DNA of 64,000 nt from Psilocybe cubensis (lineage: Eukaryota). The stretch covers positions 1,178,001-1,242,000 of the forward strand of contig CM039004.1 of the NCBI GenBank assembly GCA_017499595.2, read 5' to 3'. Positions 12,172-26,200 of this stretch are shown one piece after another; positions within the stretch are counted from its first letter, which is position 1, and each line of letters opens with the position of its first letter. The notes under the pieces were generated by a model. That model worked only from the letters and a program-made list of their open reading frames with translations, was not told the origin of the DNA and did no database searches. Position numbers and translations under genes: made by a program.

Positions 12172-14270
12172 ATGTCCTATATTTTGCGTATCGCATTCAC
12201 TTCATGCCTCTTGGCGTATGTTGTTGCCCACGAACATCACGATGAGCTCTCGGAGGAGGAAGCAAACGCGCCGGTCGATAACATCTTATGGATACACATG
12301 TTTCTGCAGGCATTTGTATGGGGCATCATGTTTCCTATCGGTATGGTTCTGGGTATCACAAGGAGCAGGTGGCATGTACCGCTGCAAGTAAGTCCTTTCC
12401 CAGCTGCGGTTCCATCTGCGACAAAGCGTGCACACGACTAAACTCCTCGATAGTCTGCTGGATATGTGTTGACAGCTGGAGGATACCTCCTTGGCCACTC
12501 ACACAAAGGTCGAGCTTTTCTGCCCTCTGTGCATGGCACATTTGCCAAGATCCTTTTCATACCTATACTTGCACAACTTATCATCGGCGTCTATCTTAAG
12601 TTACACATCCATGAAAAATCAATTCGACCTTACATCGTTAAACTTCATGGCTTTCTTGGAAAATCATATCCTATATTGGGCTGGACACAGATGCTGTTTG
12701 GAGTGGTAACTTACCGAGGATATTGTCGGGGAGGGGCGCTAGGCAAGTTCGAACTGGTCTTCGGGACCAGTAACACTGATCACTCCCTTCAACAGGACAA
12801 TGCCTTGCGCACTACATTATGGGCAGTGGGTTCATTGCATACGCTGTCATCATGACAATCATCATGCTTGTTGGTGAACAATGGGTTCGTCGAAGTGGAA
12901 GGAGTCCGGAATTCTTTGATTCCTCTGTCATTACCCTATGGGTACGTGTAACCTTAGTCATCTGGACACAGTTTTGATCAACGATATTTCAAAAGGGAAT
13001 TGGTGAGGATCCATATAAACAAACTTCGCTGCACGCTCATGTTTCTCGCCAGTCAACACATTCACTGAACATCATGGGGGAGCCTGGTCAGTCAAAGACA
13101 TGCAGCACACGTACGTCATACACAATTATATCTTGGCCATCGCTTATTTGTTTTATTTGATTTATACAGTATTCTTGGAGTTCTGTGTATGCTTCCTTTT
13201 TCGTCAATGCTATAGTTTCAGGGTTTTAATAATTGGATATGTATGTCGTACAGGGTGGACTGGCGGCATTCTTGGAATTTACCTGTCGAGAAACAATCGA
13301 GTTCGTGTCAAATAGTTCTTATTCTTCCTATCAGCTAATTCGGGTATTTGCAGCGCAACGTTGTACCAGCGGTGATGTACGCTCTTGTGGCCCTGCATTT
13401 GATTTCAGCTGACTTTGAACAGTATCTTCTTGACTGGTTGGGCCATGTCCGAGCACGCACAAGCACTCATGCTTTCCACCAAAGTAATATCCATAATGCG
13501 GGCTCTAATCTACAATTTTCTAAATTATACCCTCGCAGGTTCATGCTATGTTTGGAAGTGCTCTCATGCTTGCTGGTGTTACGCGAATAGTTGAAGTTTG
13601 CTACTTTGTCCCTACTTATGCAGGAGAGGGTGCAGAGGATGATGCCCACAGCGAACATACTTTGGCCGACGGTGTTAACACGAGGACATCTTCGACGAGT
13701 AGAACAGTCGCCGCTCGGTCGTTCCAGTATCTCACCCCTTTCGTGAGTTGCCTACCCATGCATGTTTCAAATTGTACATGTTTTCTGAAATTTTCTATCA
13801 TTTCTTAGCTTTTAACTACTGCTGGGTATGAATTCATTATCTTATCGTTTTTTCCAATCTGAATTGACTTTCGAATAAAGGCTTCTGTTCATGTCTGCGA
13901 CAGACGAAGAGCTCGACTACGTACATGATAATCAAATGGATCATGTCACATACATCCTCATTGTCATAAGGTCAATCATCCCATCATCTTCACATAATAC
14001 CTCTAAACTGACACCTTTTTAATTAGCTTTGCTTTCCTGCTCTACACATTCATCGTTTTCCTCGTCAATATGTATTCCACGACAGGCCGCAACGTCTCCA
14101 ATGTATCCCTGAATACTGTTGACGAATCGAGTATTGAGATGGTTACGCCGGGTGGGCGCTCAAAATGGTACAGTAGGGTACCTGTGCGAGGAAACGGCGC
14201 CCAGACGCATGTACTGGGAGATGATGATGAGGATGAGGATTTTATGGCGCCACAGATGGCTCGAAGATGA
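12172..14270 (+). CDS. YTP1: YTP1-family multi-pass membrane protein
   Basis: Signal-like N-terminus, [35 protein letters not shown], then spliced [29 protein letters not shown] and [11 protein letters not shown], motifs I recognise from fungal YTP1/DUF2427 proteins. Many short exons. Confidence 0.75.
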
Positions 14271-14554
14271 TGTTAGACTATTGAAATGTATCTTGTTACT
14301 GTAGAATGATATGTATATTAACCCAGTTCACGGGGGTAAAAATTGATATCATGTACTGTTATGTGCATTCAATTCAAATTTTAGCTACTGCTTCGAGTAA
14401 ACGATGTTTCTTCTTACCTTTGTGTAGAATCACGCCCCTTTTCTTGTGAATGCGCCAAGCGATCGCATTTGGGGTCGACATGCGGAAAACGTCATAGGAC
14501 ATACTCTTACTCTTCTTCAATACTTTCATTACAACTTTTCAGAACGACGACAAA

Positions 14555-15772
14555 ATGGCAGGCAAGTTCAAACCTCTCCTCAACCTTGCATATTTTCAAC
14601 AAACTTGTTCAAATTACTATACTGCATATAGCATCTCAAACTGCACTCATTATCGGAGCCACAGGCCAAACAGGTCGCCACCTGCTTCAAAATCTGCTCG
14701 CCTCACCGCACTTCAGCCATGTCGGCGAGTATGGCCGCAGAGTGACTCCCACAGAGGAGATAACGACTGGGAAAGACAAGCTCGAGCAAAAGACCATTGA
14801 TTTTGAGAAGATCTCGGAGTCAGGGTTGAAGCAGAAAAACTGGGATGTGGTGTTCATCACGTACGCGTATTCCCTCCAAATCAGCTCTGAGGCTCTAAAA
14901 CTGATGCTAATCTACTTGCAGTCTTGGGACGACGAGGGCTAATGCAGGGAGCGCAGAGGCTTTTGAGAAGATTGACAGGGAGTACGTTGTTTGAACGACC
15001 TGGGCTCCCGGAGTTTGTCTATCCTCGTGAAAATGATATGCTGATGCCAGCTTCTCTGCGCTTAGATATGTTCTCGCTGCTGCTAAAGAAGCTAGGAGCT
15101 CAGATCCCTCAGCATCCCAACGACTCGTCTACCTCTCTGTGAGATTCTAGCCGTCTCCGTCGTTAACATACATTCTTACCATAGAAATCGTGGACTGCCT
15201 GCACATGTAGTCCGGTGGAGCTAATTCCAGTTCCCCTTTCCTCTATCCCAAGTACACTTCAAGCTCATTCTTGTCTACTGTAAACAAATTTACTGATAAT
15301 GGGATAGGAGCAAAGGCTTGACTGAAGAAGGTCTGGCAAGCCTGGGATACTCCGACACAATTATCTTTCGGCCTGGTTTCCTCGCAGGTACAAACCGGTC
15401 AGACCACAGACTCGCGGAATCTGTCTTCGGGTGCGTCTCCCAAGTTGTTTTACACAATCACGCTTCTCCCTCTAAATCAAATATGCCTTTGCCTTCATTA
15501 CTCAGGAAAATCACCGGTGTCTTATCTTACGTGACTTCTGCGGTGGAAATCAACGTATGTGTTTATTCTCCCGTTTACCTGCAATTGCGCCAATTTAATG
15601 GTTGCGCCAATTTCAGATCCGCACGCTCGGGAAGGCGATGGCTGAAGCAGGTCGCCTTGGTTCCGCCTCGCTTCCTCCCGCAGTACACGCCGCACAAGCG
15701 GGCAAGGACGGCGCAAAGTTCACTGTCATTAACAACGCTGGAGCTATCAAGCTAGCTGAGCTGACAAAATAA
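14555..15772 (+). CDS. FMP52: NAD(P)-binding TIP30/HTATIP2-like oxidoreductase (Fmp52-like)
   Basis: Spliced MAASQTALIIGATGQTG (Rossmann), VVFITLGTTRANAGSAEAFEKIDREY, SSPFLYPKSKGLTEE, TIIFRPG; stop TAA 15770-15772. Confidence 0.85.
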
Positions 15773-16582
15773 AGAACGCTTCATTAATATCGCTCAGCGG
15801 CAACGTTCATTTGTTCTTTTCGTTCTGAAATTCGGCCGTCACCCTCACCCACTAATTATTCATGTATTTACGATCTCTTACTGAATTTGCTCAGGTTTTG
15901 AATTTATAATCAACCAATTGACTTTGGATCGCTAGGGATAATCTTCGTACACGATACTAGTTAAGAGTAAGTAATATAAGTAGGCTACTTTGTTGGAGAT
16001 GTAGGGTTAAAGAAAGAAGCACCGAGTGCCAGTCGTCCATGCTAAATTCTGATAAGAAAAGGAAGGGGTGGTGGAATATACAGAGCAATGACAGTCAGAG
16101 TGAGTAAAAAAGCGAGCGAGGTGAAAATACAACAAACAATAAATGATCGACGTATAGTAAATAGGCAGAGTGGTGTAGATGTTGAATGGCGCAGAAGGAA
16201 AGCATGTGTATGTGCATATGATGTATGCTGTGGATGGATAGATACATGGTGCGTGAAGCAGTATTGGAAAGGCAATGATAATTTACGCCTGGATCCTTCA
16301 AAGCGTAAGAGGTCAATTGATCAACAAAGTTGGGTTATCTGTATGAATGACGGCAACAGGAGACGGTATCCAAGTTGCAGAACGGTGAATGATATGACGA
16401 AAATGGTGGTATGCAATGCGAGGTATGTGATGATAGGTGGTATAAGAAACGCAATGATGTGAATCATAACGGACAGGTGATAGAAATGAAAAGGAAATTT
16501 TTCTAAAAAACACAAAGAGCCCCTCATTTTCACTCAAGGGCAGACCTTCAGCAGAAAAAAAAAAGACAGTAAATGGAGCGGA

Positions 16583-19338
16583 TCAACCGCCACGGTGCAG
16601 AGAGCTTTTTGATTGAGAATTAAACAGAGGCAAAGAAACAGAATACCGTTTCGTTAGACCACGGATTTTATCATAGGTCGAGCTCTTCATCGACGCCTGT
16701 GTATTGTGCGTCATCTTGCTTAAATGCGTGTGATGCGACACACCCGATGAAACGGGAGACGTCGAGGACGGAACAGGAGATTTCGGAGGCTGCGGCTCCT
16801 CGGGTGATTTCGATCGCGTGGGCGTAGCGTGGGGCTTGACGGCGTCCACATTCATCCACATTGAAGGAATGCCCTTTGACGTATCTTTGGCTGGAGGTCG
16901 GCTGGTTGTAGGACTGCCAGAAGTTTTGTTGCTATTGGACCCATAATCTTCCATAGAAAAGGTTCTGGGTATATTGTTAATCTCTGTATCTTCAGATGAC
17001 GCCAATGGATGCCGGTTCATATTCTGTGAACGAATATATAGGTCATCTACAGCTGCCGCTCTTCCTCGGTATGAACTGGGTGCAGCCCGACTGGCCCCAG
17101 TACGAACAGAATCCAGACTGACTTGACGACGAAGACGTGGGCTGAGATGGGTGTCAAAGTGGTTAATCAACGCAGACGACGCATTCGCGGAACCCGCGCT
17201 CATTATGCCATTGAACGGCGCAAACTGTACAGGTAGCTCGGGGACAGGGGGATGGTCCTCATACGGTGTCCGTGAACGTGGGTCGCTGTACATCCTCACG
17301 TGTCCGGTATTCAGCCGCAAGCTACTTTGAGAGGCACGATGCCCTCTTTTCTTTGCCGCTTGAATGCCCGCGACATGGCTGTTGGATTCGGCCGTCCATG
17401 CACTCCTGTAGCTCTTCGCACTACGCGTGCTTACTGTATCAGGGACATCTTCAGCCTCAGTTTCCTTCGCCTTCAAGTGTACCTCCGGGAACACAAACTG
17501 CGAAGGTCCAGGCGATGGGGGCAATGCAGGTGTCTTTGGTCCCGAGCCTGTAGGGGACATCGGTGTGAAAGCCACCAACGTAGGCGACATTGGGATGGAC
17601 GCTCTTCGTGCGTGTGTCGGTGGAGTCGGTTTAGGCACGGCAACGACTTCGGCTGTACCGATGATGGCCACGGTATCATCTGCCTCAATCGCGGCTTCGT
17701 AGTCATCTAATTCTTGCGCCACCCTCTCCGCCTCCTTCCATGCATCTCCCAGTTCCGCCTCGAGTTGCGCGATGCGGTCCTTCGCAGCTGTTAAATCAAC
17801 GGTTCGACGCGCATAACTTCCATTGAGCTTTAGCAAATGAATGTCAAATCAGTAAAATTAATTAGCAACAGTATGTAGGCTGTACCTTTCGCAATGCAAT
17901 AGCTAGAGCGCTACTCCAGTGAGTATCGATCAATTTGTTGATTTGTGCTATTTGGTCAGTGATTCTGAGAACTTCTTCTAAATTCTTATCGCATTCTCCA
18001 ATTGTATCAGCAAGCTGCGTAGCGAGTCGACTAACAACAGATACCCCGTCTTCTCCATCCTTTTGCTGGCCTAGTGATGTCGAATTCAATGCCTGAAAAA
18101 GCATCGTCCGTCGATGCACAAGGAATCGGTATTTCGATTGTGTCACGATTTTCAACGACTCCAATCTCTCCAACTCTGCTGGTAAGACCTTGTCAAGATT
18201 TTCTGCCGTCAATAAACGAACAAATGATTCGGAGGCCGACGAACGGATTGCCCGCGAAACTACATCCTGCAATTCTCCGGAATCCACCGTCCCTGCAAAA
18301 ATGGATGAGATATATGCGTGTTTTAATAACAGATAATGACGTACAGAGGGCAGCATCCAGGGGCAATCCTTTCCAAGGAACGGGTGTGCTCTCAAATTTG
18401 ATCGGCGCGGGTGGGATTAATCTCGGAGGTGGCAATGAAGCAGCGGAAGCTTTGACTGTGGCCATCGGTGCCTGAACCGCAGGCTCTGTAAATGAAGGGG
18501 TTGGGGTATCAGTGTCTCGCCCTGGTGTTCCTGGAGTTGGGGTAACTGCTGCAGATGAAACTTCAGATATTGGAGGTTCTGCCGTCAATAGTTCAGGTGC
18601 TGATGGTTCGGTTTCTTGCATTGATTGAGAGGGTGTTTGTGGAACCACTAATTCAAGTAGCGGAGTATCCGAGAATTCAGACACTGGGGGTTCTACGACG
18701 GGAGGGTCAGGAGGATGTGGTAATGAGGTGGAGATGTTTTCCTCGTCATATTCTACGCCTTGATGTTCCGGCTGCACGGCTGCCAGAGATTGAACAGTAG
18801 GTGCAGGCTCTGTTTGAGAGATATAGCGCTCCTCATCCTCGTATGGGGGTACAGAATATTCGTGTTCCTCGGAGTTTGTTGGAGGTTGTAATATTGAGGA
18901 AACTTCAGCATGACTGCTGTATTCTTCATCGCGATAGTACGGTATGGAGCTTGGGGAATCAGGCTCTACTCCAAAGGGTGATAACGGTACTTGGGAACTT
19001 GATGCGACATCAGAAAGATCTTCGGATTCATGTTCGTAAGCAGGCGCCTGGTCTGACGAGGTAGCCTCCTCTGAGAGGGGTGGAAGCGACTTGCGCGCGG
19101 TGGACTGCAAGGAAGAAGAGGAAGGTGACATTGGGGTTGGGCTGCCATTCATGGTTGATCTTCCCCCGAACTCTGTTAAGTCAAGCGCGCTCAGACGTGA
19201 CTGTGTGCTGCTCTCCAGGAGCGCTGACCCCCTTGCAATACCGCCCTGGCGTGTCCTGGGACCCATGGGGGCAATTTGTGGGCGGTTCAACATTGTGCTT
19301 GCGCGCATAGAGCTGCGAACACTGGAAGTGTCTGACAT
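16583..19338 (-). CDS. Large S/P/E-rich protein with central coiled-coil (possible Uds1-like domain)
   Basis: Three exons with GT-AG introns. Conserved-looking core PVPWKGLPLDAALWTVDS..LPAELERLE..ECDKNLEEVLRITDQIAQINKLIDTHWSSALAIALRKLN between disordered regions. The Uds1 assignment is tentative. Confidence 0.6.
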
Positions 19339-20340
19339 GATCTGCTATGAACTCAATGACGAAGTAGTATATTTGGGTGATCGTCGCAGGAATGATCTGG
19401 AGGGGAGATTGAATGGACTTGAAAGTCGACAGTATCGTTGGAGCAGGTCGTAATGATGAATGAGATAGATTTTTGTCGCTCTGCACGGGGAGGTGTGTGA
19501 ACTTCTATAGCGACAACAAGTGGATAGCCATAACACAACAGAGAGCGTGCCTGCCAACTCTATTTCTGCCTGTACGGCCTCAACCGTGGGAACAATCCAA
19601 TAAACGACGCGTCCACGCAGCGTGCCCCTTCGCGCTTAGCTTTTACTTCAACAACCGAGCCGTTCGGAATCCACTTTTTCTTATTCATCTTTCCATAACT
19701 CCGAATTCTTATGCATGTAACATCGAGGGTTTTCTTGATAGAATATCAATCTAGGCAAACGCATATACCGCCACTATTGCCTGCCCGTGTCACTTTGAGT
19801 CATGGTAAATCGTCTTGGCCTGTAGGCTGTGGCAAAGCATTCTGCTGTGCCGGATCAATTTTTCAAACCGTATCGAAGTAAATTTCAAAGGAGAGTCCCT
19901 TTCAATCATGTCGGATATCCAACGGGGTCAGTAACCGTAATTGCTAGCAAGTTAATTTCCATGCGCAAGGATGAGTTAACATTCTCCTAATATCACCAGT
20001 CTGACCACTCTTTCCGTCTACAGTCTCTATTGCTCATTCTCATTTTTCCAAGTCGATCACCTTTCAATTGAAATCTGTAAATTCTGGAGGTCTCTGGGGC
20101 GCTTATTTTTAGTCTTCAACTTGGACTCTGTTCACGCGTATTTGCAATTGACACTTGTAACGCATGATCACTATCCCCTTCATTGCGGTGGTTTTGGGCC
20201 ACGACTAACGAAACTTTTTCACATATGTCCCCAGAGATTCTTCTTTTTCCCATGTTCTCGGCAGTAGCGCTAATAGACAGGCCTTCTAGGTTGACGAGTG
20301 TATCTTTCCCTCTTCCTTTCTGCCCAATCGTTAGGACAGA

Positions 20341-22860
20341 ATGGACGAAAAGAATCTCGCTATGCACAAAGTGGAAGTCGACAACACCGCTCAGAATGCA
20401 TCGAGTAATTCTGAGGAAACATCGTCGAAGCATCTCTCTAGGGATGACAGTGATCATGTCAGCATCGATCCGAAGGCAGAGCAGAAGCTCATCAGAAAGC
20501 TTGACTTTGTACTGTTACCACTTTTTACTTTGATTTGTGAGCTAGTAAACTCTGTCAGTGGAGCATCTAACTCTGACTCTCCTTTACTTCAGATGCTTGT
20601 AACTTCATTGACCGGTATGCTTTTATTGCCCTATCCTTCTCTTGACGCCAATCAGTGCTTTTATGATTTAATTCAGGACTGCCATAGGTACTATTTATTA
20701 CTATCCCTCTATCTGAGCCAATGATAACATCATTCCTGTTTCCATAACTGAAGGAAACGCTCGAATTGCAGGTATGTAGTTATTTCTGCTGAAGAGAGAT
20801 GCACTATTTTTATCCCATATCCAGGACTCGAAAAAGATCTCGACATGCATGGCTTCGATTTCAACATTGCACTGACGACCTTCTACATATCGGTTTGCAT
20901 CCGAACCCCTAACCCCTAACCCTTTCATAATTTAACTGACTTTGGCAATCCTATTTCCTTTTGCAGTACATCGTCTCCGAGATTCCGTCGAATCTTGCAC
21001 TCAAGCGATTCGGCTCTATTTGGATTGCATTTCTGGTCATTTCTTTTGGCGCCGTGGCAATAGGCTCAGCGTTTGTCAAATCTTTTGGGAGTCTGCTGGT
21101 AACGAGAGTGTTGCTTGGATTCGCAGAGGGCGGAACGCTTGTGAGTGCGATGGCTTCCACACTCACGTCGAATTTGTGACTTCGGCTGATGCACTATGCT
21201 TGAAGTCTGGACTTGTATATATACTAGCCAGAGTAAGTACATTCATACGGCATTAAACAGTGTTAATGAATTTGAACGCATGTATGACTCAGTACTATCG
21301 TCGTCACGAGCTTGTCCTAAGAGTTGGCATTTTCTTTGGATTATCGCCTTCTCTTGCAGGAGCTTGTAAGTCCACTTTCGGCATTCTGTAGTTTTCAAAA
21401 CACTGTACTATGAGCTCATGGCTTTTATGAAGTTGGAGGACTTCTCGCCTCCGGTCTTCTTTCAGTCTCCGATATAGGGGACGTACAACGATGGCGCAAG
21501 GTCAGTAACAGTATTGTACTACAATGTTGTTCCGCAGCATCGATTTAAAAATATTACAGATATTTCTTATTGAGGGTATAAATTTTTTGAAAATAAGACA
21601 TCATATCCACTCAATACAATACAGGAATTATAACAATTGGATTTGGGATCTTATTGATTTTTTTTATGCCAGCCGATCCAACCGTTACCAGACTTTTCAA
21701 CGATGAAGAAAGAGAATTAGCCATCGCCAGATTAGACGCCGATCAGGTGGTTAAAACAGGGGGACGCAAAGAGCCAACGACATGGAAGTTGGTTTTGCGT
21801 TCTTTCAATTTCAACGTAAGTCGTTAATTTTAATGACTGTCATTATGCCTTGGTTAATTCCCTTGGGAATGGTGTTCCAAAGACGACTCTGTGCACTGTT
21901 GCATATATAATGATAAACATATCTTTCCAAGGCCTGAGTCTGTTTCTGCCAACAGTGATAAATACTTGTGCGTGAATTCCGTTCAAAATATCAAAACGGT
22001 GTATTTATACGTCTTCAGTGGGTCATTATAGTACGTCGCTGTTTCTCTGTGCAGAAGGGTAAGTATCTGACGCTTTTCAGCTACTGTCGAAGCACAGTTA
22101 CGCACGGTGCCTCCATACTTAGCAGGCGCGGTCTGGGCGTTAGTCTGTGCATGGTTTGGCTACAAAATCAAACAGAGATGCGCTCCAATCATACTCTCTG
22201 TTTTACTCATGGTTATAGGATATTCCATTGCTATCTCGACTAAGAACCCTCACGCAAGGTGGGTGTGGTATAGATTCTAGACGCTAATGGTTTTATAATC
22301 ACTTGGTGACTTTACGTAGATACGCGGCATGCTTTCTCTCCGTCGCTGGTGGTTCCCCCAGTGGACCGATGGTATTTTTACCGACTAAGTCTTAACACTG
22401 ATGTCTGGCTGATTTTGTATGTCAGTACCTAACTTGGGCGACTGATAACTCAGCTCCCGATACAATGCGTGCAGTCACTACTGCTGTTATTCCAGGTATA
22501 AAATCATGTTGTCGGAGGTCCTGTTTCATAATATTAAATCACTTCTCTCAGGCTTCGGTCAACTAGGATCTGTCATAGCGTATGCATCCTAATTTATTTT
22601 GTAGTGACATGGCTGATAAACGAACTACCAGTGTCTGGACGTATCTTCCAACAGACGCACCCGACTTCCACAAAGGAAACACGCTTAACCTGATCACAAG
22701 TGTAATCTCCTGCGTTATCACTGCCTTGGGAGGAGTATATATTCTTTGGGAGAACCGGAAACGAGATCGAGGGGAACGAGATGGTCGGTTGGAGGGTAAG
22801 AGTCAGCATGAAATTGAGCAGTTGGGATATTTGCACCCAGAATTCCGTTATCAACTTTGA
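20341..22860 (+). CDS. MFS transporter, anion:cation symporter family (Tna1/Dal5-like)
   Basis: EQKLIRKLDFVLLP..NFIDRTAIGNARIAGLE, EIPSNL, RVLLGFAEGG, YYRRHELVLRVGIF, WRKIFLIEG, ENRKRD..PEFRYQL; many short exons. Confidence 0.9.
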
Positions 22861-23207
22861 GTATTGGGGTTCATCTTGAATATAACTTCTTGAGATGTCA
22901 AAACTAAAAGTAGTTGGGAACAGTCTTACGTATCTTATCTGATAAACATTTGCTATGAGAAGTTCCCACGAACGCGCTCCATTTACGTGATTGATTCGAA
23001 CCATGAGCAACCTAAAAAGGCAGTTGGCTCTTTCACTGTTGCCACTGTCGTGTTCGTTCTTGGTTCCTTCCACTTCCTCGTATCTGCGGCAGCTACCTCA
23101 CTGTTGCTAGCGTCAACAACGTTTAACGAAGGGCTTCTGCCCACATAACGCGCCTACGCAATTCACGCTCTCTAAAGAATCGAACGATATATAGAAACGC
23201 AGACAAA

Positions 23208-26200
23208 ATGGTTCCTCTCATCCCCGCGCTCATCCTCGCTTTCGTGTCTTTTATAGCTTCAGCCTTTGTTATACTCCGCATTGTTATTCCAATCCTACCC
23301 CCGCATCCACTCAGCAAGCGTGTTTCACCTGTGAGTTCTTGAACCCTTGGCACGCGGTGTCATGAATTGCATGGCTCATCGTTCCATTGTTCCTTCATTC
23401 TATTGTAGGCTGAATTCGGATTACCCACCTTCCGCTCTCTCTCACCTGCCGACAAGAGTCACATCTGGCTGGCAAGTCTCGATATCGTCGCCCTCGCCAT
23501 TTTCGTTTGGCAAGTAGCTGTTGAATCCACCTCGGGGCCAACCGGTGGAATCGCCCTCGCCCTTAACCCTGGATCAGCAGTTCGACTGTGGATTGCAGTC
23601 ACTATTCGCCAAACATGCCTCCTCTTCATCGCTGCAGTTACTCTCCTCCATGTTCGCATGGCACAGTCAGTCTCCTTCGGAGGTCGTCACTGGATGTTGT
23701 GGGCGCCGACCGCCCTGTTCGTCATAACTTCAACCACCGTCGCCGGTGTTCTTTCCGGCAGTGGAGTCCACACGCTGTTCTACGGTCTCACTGCATATTC
23801 AATTACCATTGGTGTCTTGACTGGTGTATGCTTCGGTTACCTCATCCGCACATTGTTCATTATCAAGAAAAACCTCGAGGCAATGAATGAACCCGAATCC
23901 TGGCCACCTGTGAGGCAAATGGAAGAGAAACCGAGACCTTCATTTGCAACTGAAGAGATCGACGCTATTCGTGATGGAGCCTCCTGGATTACCTCCAACG
24001 CCAGCTCGCGAAGAGCCTCCATGTCGGCATGGTCGTTCACAACCCATCAAACAGCTACAACGACCAATCACGGACAAGGACGCCCACAGAGCGCGATGCA
24101 CCCATCTGTTCCCGCAAAATCCTCTTTTTGGTTTGGTTCTACGACCGCAAACGACATTCAAGTTCCGCCTGTTCCCCCTCTCCCGTCTCCTTATGGCCCA
24201 ATGTCTCCAGTGACCCCTGAGTGTGATCCATTCAGAAGGTCTCTCCCTCCACTTCCTAACCAGCAAAAGCCCCGAATGGGATCACAAAGTTCATGGCTGA
24301 CGTCTTCCCAAGGATCTCACACTACAATCTCTTCTTGGTCCTACCCCACAACAATTCACGATCTTGAAGGAACAACTCCGCGACCCAGTACCCAAGATTT
24401 CCGCACTGCCTATTCTCCAGGACCGGAAACGGCACGTACAGCAACGCCAGCTATGGCAGATGCTCAAGTTTTGGGTGGATACGGATACGCACCTGGAGGT
24501 ATGGAGGTCGAGAAAGGCCTTGCTTCTTTAGCAGCTCCCCCCGGCACTACGATTCAAATTTCAATGTTGCCTGCCTATGGATGGTCAGTTATGATTTGCA
24601 CTCCTCTGGTATGTATACAATTTAGCCTCCAAAAAATTATTGGTTCACTGATTTGGAATTTACAGTTTTTACCTCTTCCTTACTTTATTATCCTTGCACA
24701 GAATTCCACACCTTCTATGGCGGTGCAGATTTTATTCATATTATCTGTAACTTTGTCATCGCCCCTTTTGGCCCTTAACCTTCTCTTTGGTGCCCACCTC
24801 CCAATTCCTGTCGGTTTGTTCGATGTTCGCGAGAACCTACCAACAGATCCCAACCGTGCTCTCGTTCAAGGAAGCCTTCCTACCAACAAATTCTCACATG
24901 AGTACAAGCGCAGCACTAGCTGCAGTGTTACAGTTGTTGAAGGTCGTCGTAGCGGGGATGTCTGGCTCAGCAAAGGTGATGCCGTTGACGGCAAAGGAAA
25001 GATCGGAAGGGCAGTCAGTATGCTCACGGCCACGCCCAAACTTTCTGTGCTTCCTCTTGAAGAACCTCACGATGAGTATGACATGCCACCAGTTCCATTT
25101 AAAGAGGATTCTGGTCCAGTCCACGTCAATGGCACACCACAATCTGACAATAGTGTTCAGTTCGGAAGATTCAGGCCAGAGTCCAAGGCTAGCTCTCACC
25201 TTTCCGCTGGGGATGAAAGTATGGCTTTCGCAAGTCGTATTATGGTTGCCCAGAGACATTACTCTGCTCTTGCTCAGACTCTTCACGTAGCTGGAGCAGG
25301 AAATAGCGTTTCTGGTGGTGCTCGGGATTCCATTGGGGTAAACACACTGGTTAGCGTTGCATCCGGTGCGGCAACCAACAAACGTGCCAGTCAATCGTCT
25401 CATCTGCGCTCGCGATCCGTAACTTCGACCAATGCACCCGATACACCAACTAGCCAAGAACGATTTAACATCAGTCCACCACCGTCATTCCCTCTTCCTC
25501 CTACACCTCCTAATGTCAGGGCCACACGTTTAGCTATGCTCGCGCACAAGAAATCGTTCTCCTCTGGACAAAGCTTTTCCTTCAATGCCGTCGATGACAT
25601 TAACGAAATTGATGCTCTGACTGCTGGTGTTCTCCCGCTCCTTATTCCTGGCCTTACACTTGGTGATGATATCAAGATCAAGAATGGTGACTACGCACCG
25701 CCTGCCTCATATAGCAAGGGAAAGGGTCGGAAGGCGGGAAAGAAACTCAAGGAATTCGGAGAGGATTTTTCGTCTCCTGAAGTGCACTCTACCCCTGCGC
25801 GAACTCGCCTCCCCCGAGGACGTAAGGAATCTGGACATAAAAGGAACCACTTCAGTCTCCCTAGCCTCAGTCTTGGCAAGGATCATATGCATTCTCTGGC
25901 AGCCTGGAGCACAGATATTCGGAACGCTCTGGAAAGCAAAGTCGGCCAATACACTGCAGTTCCAAGTAACGTCGATATCAACCGCCGCAACACCGTTTTA
26001 GGAGTCGAAACTGCCCTCTCGCAGCTGCAAGTGGTTGAAGAGGAGGAGGAGAAATTTTCAAAGGCCAATCTCGGACGTTCTATGTCAACTCGATCGCTCG
26101 GACTTCGCGCAGACGTTCCTCACAACGTGGATTCTGATACCGCACGTTCATCAGTTATTAGCATCTCCAACATGCCTCCATCTGCTGCCTCAACCGTCAC

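Noticed and set aside
19962..19974. TGCGCAAGGATGA, a U6-like fragment
   Set aside because: No ACAGAGA box or other U6 sequence around it.
20905..20922. Telomere-like CCCCTAA repeats
   Set aside because: Only about 2.5 units, inside a short MFS intron.
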